From: Bellilinea caldifistulae
GTDB lineage: Bacteria; Chloroflexota; Anaerolineae; Anaerolineales; Anaerolineaceae
Direction: 5' to 3'
DNA length: 32,000 nucleotides
Assembly (NCBI RefSeq): GCF_001306055.1
Contig: NZ_LGHJ01000020.1
Coordinates: 85,970 to 117,969 of the forward strand
Program-made: the position numbers and the translations under genes
In this document: piece after piece, positions 1-9,382 of the stretch
Layout of the letters: every line of letters begins with the position of its first letter
How positions within the stretch are numbered: position 1 is the stretch's first letter
The notes under the pieces: model-generated
The model's input: the letters and a program-made list of their open reading frames with translations, nothing else
Databases searched by the model: none
What the model was told of the DNA's origin: nothing

Positions 1-284
1 ACTCGTACGTGGCTTTGGGCGGCGAGATGATACACTTCGTCGGGACGAACATTGTAGATAATGTTGGAGATGGTTTCGGCGACCGAAATATCACCGTAAT
101 GCAAGTACAAGCGTACCTCACCACCGTTGGGATGGGGGTCATGGTAAATATGGTCAATCCGGCGAGTATTGAAAGTAGATGCCCGGCGGATGATGCCATG
201 AACTTCATACCCTTTGGAAAGCAACAATTCAGCCAGATAGGAACCATCCTGACCGGTGATGCCGGTAATCAATGCCTTTTTCAA
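1..284 (-). CDS. gmd: GDP-mannose 4,6-dehydratase, N-terminal part (C-terminus lies beyond the left edge)
   Basis: Absent from the ORF track because it is open at the window edge. The reverse complement from TTG (284-282) reads (M)[66 protein letters not shown]...[11 protein letters not shown]. This nearly matches the Gmd N-terminus as I remember it ([10 protein letters not shown] Rossmann motif, FNTxRIDHIYxDPH). GGAGGA (289-294) lies 4 nt upstream, and an in-frame stop sits just upstream at 300-302. Confidence 0.9.
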   Translation of the reverse strand, partial: MKKALITGITGQDGSYLAELLLSKGYEVHGIIRRASTFNTRRIDHIYHDPHPNGGEVRLYLHYGDISVAETISNIIYNVRPDEVYHLAAQSHVR

Positions 285-348
285 ATTGTCCTCCTGAGAT
301 CAAATCGCTTGATCTGATTTGTTTCGTTTGGAAATGCTGCAAGGAACA

Positions 349-378
349 AGTATAACCGACCTTCTTAAAAACTGTCAA
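349..378 (-). promoter_or_regulatory. sigma70-like promoter for gmd (TTGACA-18 nt-TATACT on the minus strand)
   Basis: Plus-strand tgtcaa at 373-378 and agtata at 349-354, with an 18-nt spacer. It lies between the clpC terminator and the gmd start. Confidence 0.45.
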
Positions 379-381
379 ACT

Positions 382-418
382 AAAAAAATTCTGGCAGAGG
401 AATATCCCAATGCCAGAA
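382..418 (-). terminator. Rho-independent terminator downstream of clpC
   Basis: On the minus strand, ttctggca (396-389) pairs with tgccagaa (418-411) around a 14-nt loop, followed by seven U (388-382). It sits 21 nt after the clpC stop. Confidence 0.75.
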
Positions 419-438
419 TAGAACGGTGGAAACAATCT

Positions 439-2898
439 TTAAGCAGGCTGTTTGACTTCCACTTCCTCTTTTTGGAAGGACAATTGATTGTCGCCCTTCT
501 GATAATCAATGATGACGCGGTCACCCCGCTGGAACTGGCCGGAAAGAACGGCGATGGAGAGCGGGCTTTCGACGTGTTTTTGGAGGGCGCGTCGCAGCGG
601 TCGGGCGCCAAAAGCTGGGTCATAGCCGACTTCCGCCAGCCATTTACGGGCAGCATCGGTCAAAACCACATCCAACCCATGTTCTTTGAGCCGTTCGCTG
701 ACTTCTTTCATTTGCAGATCAACAATCTGGTACATCTGCTCCAGTTTGAGCGGTGAGAACATGATGATCTCGTCAATCCGGTTGAGAAATTCGGGGCGGA
801 AGGTGCTTTTGAGGGCTTTCTGAATTTTCTCGTGTTGAGCGCGGTTCTCGTCACTCGAATCTTCGCTCAAAAAGCCCAATGTACCGCCCTGACGCACAAA
901 TTCGGTGCCAAGATTGCTGGTCATGATCAGAACCGTGTTGCGGAAGTCAACGACCTGCCCCTGACCGTCCGTCAAACGGCCGTCATCCAGAATCTGGAGT
1001 AGTGCGTTCCACACCTCGGGGTGAGCTTTTTCGATTTCGTCGAACAAAACCACCCGATAGGGCCGGCGGCGGACGGCCTCGGTTAACTGACCACCTTCCT
1101 CGTATCCGACGTAACCGGGCGGTGCACCAAACAGCCGCGAGACGGTGTGTTGTTCACGGTATTCGCTCATGTCCAGACGCACAAGTGCATCCTCGTCACC
1201 GAACAGGAATTCGGCCAGGGCTTTAGCCAGTTCGGTTTTGCCAACACCGGATGGGCCGATAAAGATGAATGATCCAATTGGCCGGCGCGGGTCTTTCAGT
1301 CCGGCTCGGGCGCGGCGAATGGCATCTGAAATGGCATGAATGGCTTCTTCCTGCCCGACTACCCGCTCGCTCAGCCGTTCTTCCATGTGTAACAGGCGTT
1401 CGGCCTCCGATTCCATCATCTGGCTCACGGGGATGCCCGTCCATTGAGCGACAACCTGAGCGATGTCATCTACATCAACAACCTCATCAAGTTTATGCTC
1501 GGCTTCCCATTTATCGCGCAACTGGTTGAATTCGGTCTCGAGGCGCAAACGTTCGGCTTTTTTGCGCGCGGCGCGTTCGTAATCGCGTTCGATGCCGGCC
1601 TGTTCCTCTTCAGCGCGTAATTTTTCGATTTCGGTTTTCATCTCTTTCAATTCAGGCGGCAGAGAGAACAAAGCCACGCGCAATTTAGCAGCGGCCTCGT
1701 CCATCAGATCAATGGCTTTGTCCGGCAAGTGACGGTCGGTCACATACTGAGCAGAAAGTCGCGCGGCAGCAACCAGGGCATCATCGGAAAAGTGCACTTT
1801 ATGATGGGCTTCATATCGATCGCGAAGCCCCATCAGCATTTTGATGGTGTCTTCCACGGTGGGCTCATCCACATAAACCGGGGCAAAACGGCGTTCCAGA
1901 GCCGAGTCCTTTTCGATGTGCTTATGGTACTCATCCAGCGTGGTTGCGCCGATGCACTGCAGCTCACCGCGAGCCAGCGCCGGCTTGAGCATGTTCGAGG
2001 CATCCATTGCTCCCTGGGCAGCCCCGGCGCCGACTACGGTGTGCAATTCATCAATGAAGAGGATGATCTCACCCTCTGATCGTTGCACCTCTTCAATGGC
2101 GGCTTTCAGGCGCTCTTCAAATTCACCGCGAAAACGGCTTCCCGCAATCATTGCGCCAAGGTCTAGTGAGACCACCCGCTTGCCCATTAAGATTTCGGGT
2201 ACATCATTGCTGGCAATTTTCTGCGCCAGACCTTCTACAATAGCGGTCTTGCCGACCCCGGCTTCGCCGATTAGAACCGGGTTGTTTTTCGTGCGTCGCG
2301 AGAGGATTTGCATCACCCGGCGAATTTCATTATCCCGACCGATGACCGGATCCAGTTTGCCTTCACGGGCCAGTTGGGTCAAATCCCGCGAGTATTTTTC
2401 CAGGGTTCGGTAACGGGTTTCGGCTTGTGGGTCGGTTACCCGTTGACCGCCGCGCAACTGCATAATGGCATCCAGCACCCGCTCGCGGGTGAGGCCGTTG
2501 CTTTCCAGAAGACGGGCAGCCGGTGTGTTCCGCTCACTGAGAATCGCCAAGAAGATGTGCTCGGTTGAGATGTATTCATCCTTAAGGCGGCTGGCCTCTT
2601 CGTTTGCCAGATCCACAATCCGTTTGACACGCGGCGTGATGAAGATCTGGCCGGCTCCACCGCCAAAAATGCTGGCTTTGGGGCTGGTGCGCAAGATGTA
2701 ATCCAGCCGATCGGCGAGCATGTTCGGGTCAACCTTCAAAATTTCCAAAATTTGAGAGATGACCCCTTGTGGTTGTTCAATTAAAGCGAGCAGAATGTGC
2801 TCGGTATCAATCTGATTATGGCCGTAGCGCTGAATAATTTCCGCAGCGCGTTGAGCGGCTTCCTGAGCTCTTTCGGTAAAACGATCAAATCGCATCAT
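439..2898 (-). CDS. clpC: ATP-dependent Clp protease ATP-binding subunit ClpC (class I AAA+ unfoldase)
   Basis: 819 aa. It has an N-terminal double Clp_N repeat, two Walker A boxes ([16 protein letters not shown]) and a short coiled-coil M-domain (ClpC length rather than ClpB). A ClpP-docking-type loop (TLGFLS) is present. AAGGA SD lies upstream of ATGATG. Confidence 0.93.
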   Translation of the reverse strand: MMRFDRFTERAQEAAQRAAEIIQRYGHNQIDTEHILLALIEQPQGVISQILEILKVDPNMLADRLDYILRTSPKASIFGGGAGQIFITPRVKRIVDLANEEASRLKDEYISTEHIFLAILSERNTPAARLLESNGLTRERVLDAIMQLRGGQRVTDPQAETRYRTLEKYSRDLTQLAREGKLDPVIGRDNEIRRVMQILSRRTKNNPVLIGEAGVGKTAIVEGLAQKIASNDVPEILMGKRVVSLDLGAMIAGSRFRGEFEERLKAAIEEVQRSEGEIILFIDELHTVVGAGAAQGAMDASNMLKPALARGELQCIGATTLDEYHKHIEKDSALERRFAPVYVDEPTVEDTIKMLMGLRDRYEAHHKVHFSDDALVAAARLSAQYVTDRHLPDKAIDLMDEAAAKLRVALFSLPPELKEMKTEIEKLRAEEEQAGIERDYERAARKKAERLRLETEFNQLRDKWEAEHKLDEVVDVDDIAQVVAQWTGIPVSQMMESEAERLLHMEERLSERVVGQEEAIHAISDAIRRARAGLKDPRRPIGSFIFIGPSGVGKTELAKALAEFLFGDEDALVRLDMSEYREQHTVSRLFGAPPGYVGYEEGGQLTEAVRRRPYRVVLFDEIEKAHPEVWNALLQILDDGRLTDGQGQVVDFRNTVLIMTSNLGTEFVRQGGTLGFLSEDSSDENRAQHEKIQKALKSTFRPEFLNRIDEIIMFSPLKLEQMYQIVDLQMKEVSERLKEHGLDVVLTDAARKWLAEVGYDPAFGARPLRRALQKHVESPLSIAVLSGQFQRGDRVIIDYQKGDNQLSFQKEEVEVKQPA

Positions 2899-3031
2899 AG
2901 TTCGTTATCCTTCAATTATGGTTAAACAATGCCTTCGTTGGAATTATAGCATCGCCTTTGTCAGTATTTTACAAATAGTGTATAAGAAATCTATCATCAT
3001 TTTAGTTTTTCTGAGGGGCGAAAACAAGCAC

Positions 3032-4198
3032 TTAATCACGGGTGTACACTATTCTGCCTTCCACCATCGTAAAGAGGATATTTCCATCCTCATCCATCAG
3101 AAACAGGTCAGCGTCTTTACCGGGTTCCAGACTGCCTTTCTGGTGGGCAATCCCGATTGTGCGGGCTGGATAAAGAGAAGCGCTCAAAATCGCCTCTTCC
3201 AGCGGTGCGCCGGTTGCATTGACAAAGTTGTGGAGGGCTTTCTCAAGCGTCAAGCCGCTGCCTGCCAGTGTGCCATCCAATAAAGCGACCTTGCCTTGTT
3301 TAACCTGCACCGGACGATTGTCCAGAATATACTGACCATCCGGCAGGCCGGTTACACGGGTGCTGTCGGAAATCAGCACAATCCCTTCACAGCTGCGCAG
3401 TTGATAAAGGATGCGCTGGGCAACGGGGTGGACGTGGATGTTATCAGCAATCAGCTCGCAGCGCAGTTCGGGCATGGTCAGACCGGCACCCACGACGCCG
3501 GGTTCACGATGATGAAGCGGGCTCATGGCATTAAAGCAATGGGTCAGCAGTCTTACTCCCCGCTCAACAGCAACTTGCATTTGCTCGTAGGTTGCGCTGG
3601 TATGACCGGCGGCGACGGTAATGCCCCGCGAAACGCAGGCGTCAATCAACCAGAAGTTTTCGGGGAATTCCGGTGCCAGTGAAACTACCTTAACCATTTC
3701 GTGCTGGATGAGAGAAAGGGCTTCTTCATGGTCGGTTGCCTGACGGATGAATTGAATGGCTTGCGCACCGGCGCGATTGGGATTCATGTAAGGGCCTTCC
3801 AGGTAGGCGCCTAATAAGGCTGCGCCATTGCGGATGCGCCCATAGGCATTCCCAATCGCATCCAAAGCCTTGAGCAAGGCGGCCTGGGGGGCTGCCCAGG
3901 TTGCAGCCAGGAAAGAGGTCACTCCATGTTGAACCAGAAATTGAGCAATCTCTTCAATGGCGTGCAGGTCAGCGTCCATGAATTCAAAGCCCATTGCGCC
4001 ATGAATATGTAAATCCATCAGACCGGGAAGCAGGTGATTTTGACCGGCATCCAGTTTCTCCTGGGCTTTTTGCATCTCGGTTGCCGGTGGTTGACCGTGC
4101 CCCAAACGAGAAATCGTACGATTTTCAACTACAATCCAGCCGGGGGATAAGATTTCATTCGGCGTATAAATTCGGGCATTCCAAATTAATGTTCCCAT
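3032..4198 (-). CDS. nagA: N-acetylglucosamine-6-phosphate deacetylase
   Basis: Amidohydrolase motifs DLHIHGAMGFEF, HCFNAM and a C-terminal G.L..G..ADL. I chose the ATG at 4198 (MGTLIWNARIY...) with GAGGAA SD at 4208-4213. The 58-aa extension in the track ORF (to 4372) has no homology-like features and overlaps the divergent gene. Confidence 0.88.
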   Translation of the reverse strand: MGTLIWNARIYTPNEILSPGWIVVENRTISRLGHGQPPATEMQKAQEKLDAGQNHLLPGLMDLHIHGAMGFEFMDADLHAIEEIAQFLVQHGVTSFLAATWAAPQAALLKALDAIGNAYGRIRNGAALLGAYLEGPYMNPNRAGAQAIQFIRQATDHEEALSLIQHEMVKVVSLAPEFPENFWLIDACVSRGITVAAGHTSATYEQMQVAVERGVRLLTHCFNAMSPLHHREPGVVGAGLTMPELRCELIADNIHVHPVAQRILYQLRSCEGIVLISDSTRVTGLPDGQYILDNRPVQVKQGKVALLDGTLAGSGLTLEKALHNFVNATGAPLEEAILSASLYPARTIGIAHQKGSLEPGKDADLFLMDEDGNILFTMVEGRIVYTRD

Positions 4199-4339
4199 AT
4201 AATTGTTCCTCACCGCTTTGGTTAAGTTGATTGTAATCCGAAAACGAAAAGGTTTGTATTTTGGGGAGGGCGGAATTGGAAAACGGACCCATATGCTGAG
4301 CGGGTTTTCAAGCGCCGATAAGCGGTGTACAATTTTGTT

Positions 4340-5302
4340 ATGGACGTTGCCCTGCTTTCTTCCCGCCAACATATCCGTCCGCTACGCAGCCGAAAAGATA
4401 TTCTGGCAGTGGCCGATTTAATTGAGATTTGCTTTGCCGATCATATGGATGTGGATGGGAGAGAGTACATTCGTTATCTGCGGCGCTTCGCTGTACCGGA
4501 TGAAGGTCTGGCCGGTAAACTTTTGGAGCCGTTTCAAGTACCGGTGCGAGGATTGGTCTGGGAGGAAGATGGTCAAATTGTCGGCAACCTGAGCCTGATC
4601 TCGTTCAACAGGCAAGGGAAACGCTACACTCTGATTGCCAATGTAGCCACTCACCCGGCTTATCGTCGGCGTGGAATTGCCCGCCACCTGACCGAAACCG
4701 CTTTGCAGCAAATTCGCGAGCGGGGAGAAAATGAAGCCTGGTTGCATGTCCGCGAGGATAACCCGGCAGCCATTCAATTGTACCGGTCCCTGGGTTTTGA
4801 GGAACGATGCCGGCGCACCAGCTGGATGTGGGAACCGCACTCCGGATTTCTGCCAAAAGTCAACCATGAAAAAATTCGGATTGTATCTCGCCAGCCCGGC
4901 GATTGGCCGCATCAAAACCGCTGGTTGGATGAAGTCTATCCGGCAGAAATAACCTGGAACCTTCCGTTGGATAAAAACCGCCTGAAACCCAATTTCTGGA
5001 AGGACTTGTGGAACTGGTTGAATGGTGGCGAAGCCTTGCACCTTTCGGCACGTTGGATTGATCATTTGGTGGGCGTGGCTTCCTGGCAGCCGACTTCGGC
5101 TTACGCGGATATGATCTGGTTGGCTGCCGCAGCCGAACACGAAGATGAAGTCATTCCGGTCTTGTTGTCAGCAGCCGGCAGGCGGCTGCATAATGGAAGA
5201 CCTCTGGCGGTTAACTATCCTGCGCAACGGGCAACGGAGGGTTTCCGCCGGGCCGGCTTTCAAGCGCATGTTACCTTGATCTGGATGCGTATCCAACTTT
5301 GA
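4340..5302 (+). CDS. GNAT family N-acetyltransferase, about 320 aa with an extra C-terminal lobe
   Basis: Acetyl-CoA motif A region IVGNLSLI...VATHPAYRRRGIARHLTETAL...LHVREDNPAAIQLYRSLGFE. The start is ambiguous: ATG at 4340 is preferred, GTG at 4325 is possible. Confidence 0.8.
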   Translation: MDVALLSSRQHIRPLRSRKDILAVADLIEICFADHMDVDGREYIRYLRRFAVPDEGLAGKLLEPFQVPVRGLVWEEDGQIVGNLSLISFNRQGKRYTLIANVATHPAYRRRGIARHLTETALQQIRERGENEAWLHVREDNPAAIQLYRSLGFEERCRRTSWMWEPHSGFLPKVNHEKIRIVSRQPGDWPHQNRWLDEVYPAEITWNLPLDKNRLKPNFWKDLWNWLNGGEALHLSARWIDHLVGVASWQPTSAYADMIWLAAAAEHEDEVIPVLLSAAGRRLHNGRPLAVNYPAQRATEGFRRAGFQAHVTLIWMRIQL

Positions 5303-5321
5303 TATGGTAAAGGAGGAGAAA

Positions 5322-5702
5322 ATGAAAAAATTGTTAATCCGGCTGGCAATCAACGCTGTGGCTCTGTATGCAGCAGTTGCCTTGTTGAAGGATTCTTATA
5401 TCTTTCCGAACGATCCGGATAACTGGCTCAGTTTTATCTGGCTGGCATTGATCTTTGGGGTGGTCAACGCCGTCATCCGGCCCATTCTGATGGTGATGAG
5501 CTGCCCGCTGATCATTTTGACGCTGGGATTAGGCACCCTGCTGATCAATACGTTGATGTTTGTTCTTGCCGGCTGGATTGGTACCCAGTTCGGTGTGGGA
5601 TTTGAAGTCAACGGTTTCTGGGGGGCATTTTTTGGCGCATTAATCACCAGTGTGGTCAGTTTCGTACTGAGCCAGTTGTTCCGGGACGAGTTGAAGAAAT
5701 AG
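5322..5702 (+). CDS. Phage-holin-family-4 (YvlD-like) small membrane protein
   Basis: 126 aa with four predicted TM helices. The family-typical string VNAVIRPILMVMSCPLIILTLGLGTLLINTLMFVLAGWI is present. AGGAGG at 5311-5316 precedes the ATG at 5322, and the gene lies 19 nt after the preceding GNAT. Confidence 0.75.
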   Translation: MKKLLIRLAINAVALYAAVALLKDSYIFPNDPDNWLSFIWLALIFGVVNAVIRPILMVMSCPLIILTLGLGTLLINTLMFVLAGWIGTQFGVGFEVNGFWGAFFGALITSVVSFVLSQLFRDELKK

Positions 5703-5707
5703 CCTGC

Positions 5708-5749
5708 AAAAAGTAACCGTCCGCCGAAAAAGGCGGGCGGTTACTTTTT
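5708..5749. terminator. Bidirectional hairpin terminator between convergent genes
   Basis: aaaagtaaccgtccgcc (5708-5725) pairs with ggcgggcggttacttttt (5732-5749), with one G-U pair and loop gaaaaa. The A-run upstream and T-run downstream would serve both strands. Confidence 0.75.
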
Positions 5750-5760
5750 AAGTTAGATTT

Positions 5761-8700
5761 TTATGGCAAAGTGAATCGAAGGACAACACGATTGGCAGCG
5801 TCACTGACCCAAACATGACCGTCCTTGTCCACGGCGACCCCGGCTGCCAGGCCAAATCCGTCAATACCGGGGCTGTAATCACCCCATGTACGCACAAACT
5901 GGCCTTCCTCGGTAAACTGGATCACGCGGTAGCCTTCGGGGTCGGTGACAAAGACACTGCCTCGGTTGTCCACGGCAATATAGGGTTTGTTTTCCAGCGA
6001 TTGACCAAACCAGCCAAAAATGTCCCAGGAGCGGAGGAAGAAGGTTCGACCGCTTTGGGGGTCAATTTGAAAGACCTGTACTCGTTGATTCCAGGTGTCG
6101 GTCACAAATACCTGATCCTGTGAGTTGATGGCAATTCCGACCTGTTCATCAAACTGACCCGGATCAATGCCAGGGCTGCCAAACTCGTCGAGGAAATTGC
6201 CGTTTTGGTCAAAGATGACAATTCGCTTGTTACCGGTATCGGTTACAAACAGTCTGCCCCGCGAATCAAATGCCAGGTCGCGCGGCCCCCAGAAGGCTTC
6301 CGGTGCAACGCCCTGACCAAAAAATCCCCACATGGTCACAAATTGACCATCGGCGGTAAATTTTTGAATCCGATGATTCCAGGTGTCGGCCACAAATACC
6401 GAGCCGTCCGGAGCTACAGCAACACCCCAGGGCTCGTAAAATGTCCCGCCTGGAGCACTGCCTTCGGCAAGGTTGGCAAAGGAACCCCAACGGTGGAGTA
6501 ACTCCCCTTGTGGGGAAATGTGGAGTATCTGATGCAAACCGCTATCGGCAATATACAGGCTGCCGTCGGGGGCGATGGCAATTTTACGGGGTGAGCCAAA
6601 CTGGATTGCACTGCCGGGTTGGCCGATGACTTGATCGGGCAGTAACTCTAGCACACCGTTGACATACGGGTCGGTTGGCTGCTGTTGGCTGGTTGTGGGT
6701 GCCGCCCCATAATTCCAGATCAATGAAAGAATGTCATTGCGGATGTACATCTTGAGTTTTTGTGAAGGCTGCCATGTTTCGACGGTTAAATTGGGATTGT
6801 TGGTTAACTGAGCATACTCTGTGTAGTCGCGGTCACGCCAGATTTTGAATATGGCTGATCGCATGGCCGGGTCACGCAGCGCATTCCAGATTCGATCCCA
6901 GGTCAGGTTGTAGTAATCCTGCATCGGCCACCACAGGCGTTGATATTCGAAACTCTGGAAGGTGCCGCGGGTGATCGAATCAAGGCGTGACCAGTTCTTT
7001 TCGCCGGCGATGATGATGGGCGAGTCGCGCAAATCACGGGTGACATTGTCTGTAAAGTAGCGTTTATTGGGATAATCGCGGAAGTACCACCAGTAGGGGT
7101 ACAACGCATCGTTATCATAAGCCACATTGATATTCTTTCCGCTGGCTGTTCGCCGCGAGATCTCCTCAACCTGTTCCAGAATGTCTTTCGGGCCGCGGGC
7201 AGCATGAGCATATACCAAAAATTCTTTGGCGTTGTCGTAATTGATGTAATTGGCTGTGTAGGCGGTACGCGCCGTCATCACTGCCATATATACGGCAATT
7301 CCAGCCACAAACAGGCGCAGGATGGCAGAAGGCTGCCAGTCTTGTAAAACTCGCACAATTCCCCAAAGGGAAAGGCTGAAAGCCAAGGTGGAAAAAATAA
7401 ACAGGGAGGTAGATTGGAGTTGTTCAAGGGTATTCCCCTGAAAGGGTGGCTGAGAGCCAAGCAGTGTACCCAGCAAGCCGCCCAAACCGGTCAGGGCAAC
7501 CGGTACGAGAATCACCGCAAGCCAGGCGTGATTTTCTTTGAGTTTTTGCCACGGGGTGGTTTCTACCAGATAACCGAAACCCCAGGCTGCCGAAATCAAG
7601 AAGGGGACGGCAATGTGAACGGTTAACCAGGGCATTTTTTCGCCGGCGATCGAGTAAGCAACCAAGGAGGTCAAAGCCCAAAACAGGAAGAGTGCCAGAG
7701 TGGGCAATGGCCGTTCTTGAAGGAAAACCGGTGAGGGAGTTGGCTCTTCTGCGATTTCGGAGTCGGGAATTGCCTCTTCTACTTCAGCCGAAGGTGCGTT
7801 CGTGAGATGATCGGGATTCTGGATGGTTTGGCTGAGCCGCTCACCTGAAAAGGATGAGAAGCGATTGTAACGAACGCCAAAGTAAACGGCCAGCAGCGTG
7901 CCAAACATTGCCAGGAATTCATAAATGGGCATCTGGATCAGAATGTAGTAATAAAAAGGCTGTTCACCCCGATGGACTCCCTGCTGTTCCAGCCAGTAGC
8001 CTAATGAACCGACAATACCGGTGAAAAACCCAAAACCGTTGGTAAAGAGTGTCGTGTAAAAAACGGTGAAGATGCCGTAGAAGATGGCAAAGTTGACCAA
8101 CCAGAGTTTTGGTTTCCAGAGGAGACCAATTCCCACTCCAAGTGCGGTAAGAAGAATCAGAAAGATGCCGGTGCGAAGGAGGCTTTCCGGCGAATAATCA
8201 ATCGGATTCCAGTTTTGACGAAGCAAGGAACCAATGATCTTCACCGGAAAGGCGGTTAATAAGGGCAGGATCAAGGAACCGGTCAACACTAATAAGTCAA
8301 AGGAGCGATCCTCTTTGAGGGCTTGCCAGCCGATGTTTCTTAGCAAAATGACGGCAGCAATTACCCCCAACACCAGCGCGACGATCACTCCGCCGAGTTC
8401 GACCAGCTGAATTGGAGTAAATGTTTGGCCAAGGGCTTCTTGAATCTCACTGGCATTTTTGTTGACAATCGCATTCCAGCCGGCCAGGAGGACGACAAAG
8501 ACCAGCAGGATCAATGCGGTGGAAAGCAGGGTCATGAATAATCTGCGCGCCTGTTGATTTTCCCAGCGGGCTTTGCCGATATGTTCCATGAAGAGGAACG
8601 CCAGAAAGATCAGCAATTGGGCGGTGTAGATGTAGGCCGTTTCTTTGGTGGCAAATTGAAGCGCGCTAACCGCTGTGAGCAGGTAAAGCATGCTGCGCTC

Positions 8701-9219
8701 GCCTTTTTCGAGATAGCGCAGTACGGCAAAGAGGGTTAGAACTGCATAGAGGGCTACAAATGCTTCATTGCGGGTGTAGCGTCCGTAAAAAAGCAGGTAG
8801 GGGGAAATCAGGAAAAGGTAACCGCCAATGAGCGAGCCAACTTTGCCAAGATAACGTCGAAAAGCAAAGGTGACAAACAACACGGTAGCCACACTAAAAA
8901 GTGCAGCCGGAATGCGCGAGGTAAAATCATTAGCGCCGAAAAGGAAGTAAGAGAGGGCAACCAGATGAAATTGAACCGGCCCATGCGTTACCGGGTCATG
9001 GCGGTAGCCTTTACCAATGGCAAGGTCGTAAGAAGGCACCACATGGTTGACTTCGTCATGACTCATCACCCGTTCGCCAAGCAGGTAAAATCGGCTGAAC
9101 AACGTCAGGCCGATTAAGACGGCAATCAAAATAAAATAGGGGGTGATTTGTGGGAGGTCTCGAAGCAGAGGGCGATCCAGCCAGCTCGCTGAAGAGGATG
9201 ATTCGCGGGTGTTTTCCAT
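5761..9219 (-). CDS. GT-C fold (PMT_2/ArnT-like, TIGR03663-type) polytopic glycosyltransferase fused to a C-terminal six-bladed NHL-repeat propeller
   Basis: The N-terminal roughly 620 aa carry many TM helices, with an early loop HDEVNHV...DPVTHGP typical of GT-C enzymes. The C-terminal 294 aa (nt 5764-6645) contain six repeats of the form PxGVAVxxDGxVFVxDTxNxRIxxF. Start ATG 9219 is chosen; TTG 9231 is the alternative. Confidence 0.75.
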   Translation of the reverse strand: MENTRESSSSASWLDRPLLRDLPQITPYFILIAVLIGLTLFSRFYLLGERVMSHDEVNHVVPSYDLAIGKGYRHDPVTHGPVQFHLVALSYFLFGANDFTSRIPAALFSVATVLFVTFAFRRYLGKVGSLIGGYLFLISPYLLFYGRYTRNEAFVALYAVLTLFAVLRYLEKGERSMLYLLTAVSALQFATKETAYIYTAQLLIFLAFLFMEHIGKARWENQQARRLFMTLLSTALILLVFVVLLAGWNAIVNKNASEIQEALGQTFTPIQLVELGGVIVALVLGVIAAVILLRNIGWQALKEDRSFDLLVLTGSLILPLLTAFPVKIIGSLLRQNWNPIDYSPESLLRTGIFLILLTALGVGIGLLWKPKLWLVNFAIFYGIFTVFYTTLFTNGFGFFTGIVGSLGYWLEQQGVHRGEQPFYYYILIQMPIYEFLAMFGTLLAVYFGVRYNRFSSFSGERLSQTIQNPDHLTNAPSAEVEEAIPDSEIAEEPTPSPVFLQERPLPTLALFLFWALTSLVAYSIAGEKMPWLTVHIAVPFLISAAWGFGYLVETTPWQKLKENHAWLAVILVPVALTGLGGLLGTLLGSQPPFQGNTLEQLQSTSLFIFSTLAFSLSLWGIVRVLQDWQPSAILRLFVAGIAVYMAVMTARTAYTANYINYDNAKEFLVYAHAARGPKDILEQVEEISRRTASGKNINVAYDNDALYPYWWYFRDYPNKRYFTDNVTRDLRDSPIIIAGEKNWSRLDSITRGTFQSFEYQRLWWPMQDYYNLTWDRIWNALRDPAMRSAIFKIWRDRDYTEYAQLTNNPNLTVETWQPSQKLKMYIRNDILSLIWNYGAAPTTSQQQPTDPYVNGVLELLPDQVIGQPGSAIQFGSPRKIAIAPDGSLYIADSGLHQILHISPQGELLHRWGSFANLAEGSAPGGTFYEPWGVAVAPDGSVFVADTWNHRIQKFTADGQFVTMWGFFGQGVAPEAFWGPRDLAFDSRGRLFVTDTGNKRIVIFDQNGNFLDEFGSPGIDPGQFDEQVGIAINSQDQVFVTDTWNQRVQVFQIDPQSGRTFFLRSWDIFGWFGQSLENKPYIAVDNRGSVFVTDPEGYRVIQFTEEGQFVRTWGDYSPGIDGFGLAAGVAVDKDGHVWVSDAANRVVLRFTLP

Positions 9220-9270
9220 AGTGGTTAGCAATGAGTAAGCGGATTTTTTTGGGTATATCTTGCGATGATG

Positions 9271-9299
9271 ACTATACTTTAAGTTTGATTTTCTGACAA
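9271..9299 (-). promoter_or_regulatory. sigma70-like promoter for the GT-C/NHL gene (TTGTCA-17 nt-TATAGT)
   Basis: Plus-strand tgacaa at 9294-9299 and actata at 9271-9276, with an exact 17-nt spacer, in an AT-rich divergent intergenic region. Confidence 0.5.
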
Positions 9300-9314
9300 G
9301 TGCAACCTGTTCGG

Positions 9315-9343
9315 TTGACGGATTGGTTTCTCGATTCTATACT
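9315..9343 (+). promoter_or_regulatory. sigma70-like promoter for the MFS operon (TTGACG-17 nt-TATACT)
   Basis: ttgacg at 9315-9320 and tatact at 9338-9343, with a 17-nt spacer, about 40 nt upstream of the ATG at 9383. Confidence 0.55.
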
Positions 9344-9382
9344 CATTTCAGCATGTGAATCAATTTGCGTACGAGGAATCTC

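Noticed and set aside
9-317. 102-aa plus-strand ORF at the left edge
   Set aside because: It is antisense to a sequence that translates on the minus strand into an unmistakable Gmd N-terminus. Its own product has no recognisable motifs.
1002-2732. Several 60-165-aa ORFs on both strands inside clpC (for example 1916-2413 plus strand and 2436-2732 minus strand)
   Set aside because: They are embedded in, or out of frame with, a full-length ClpC with intact Walker motifs. Their Arg/Pro/Ser-rich composition is typical of off-frame translation.
2899-3031. CtsR or CIRCE heat-shock operator upstream of clpC
   Set aside because: Neither the GGTCAAA direct repeat nor TTAGCACTC-N9-GAGTGCTAA is present. 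The only signal is a TGcTATAAT extended -10 (plus-strand 2943-2951).
4199-4372. 58-codon N-terminal extension of the nagA ORF in the track
   Set aside because: The extension is unlike NagA, overlaps the divergent GNAT start region and lacks an SD. The internal ATG at 4198 has a GAGGAA SD and gives a normal NagA N-terminus.
4418-5140. 240-aa minus-strand ORF opposite the GNAT gene
   Set aside because: The plus-strand frame carries a canonical GNAT motif A and B. The minus-strand product has no motifs and no SD.
5322-5702. The holin-family gene as a sign of a prophage or lysis cassette
   Set aside because: There is no endolysin, spanin or other phage gene nearby. This family (YvlD-like) is widespread as a stand-alone membrane protein.
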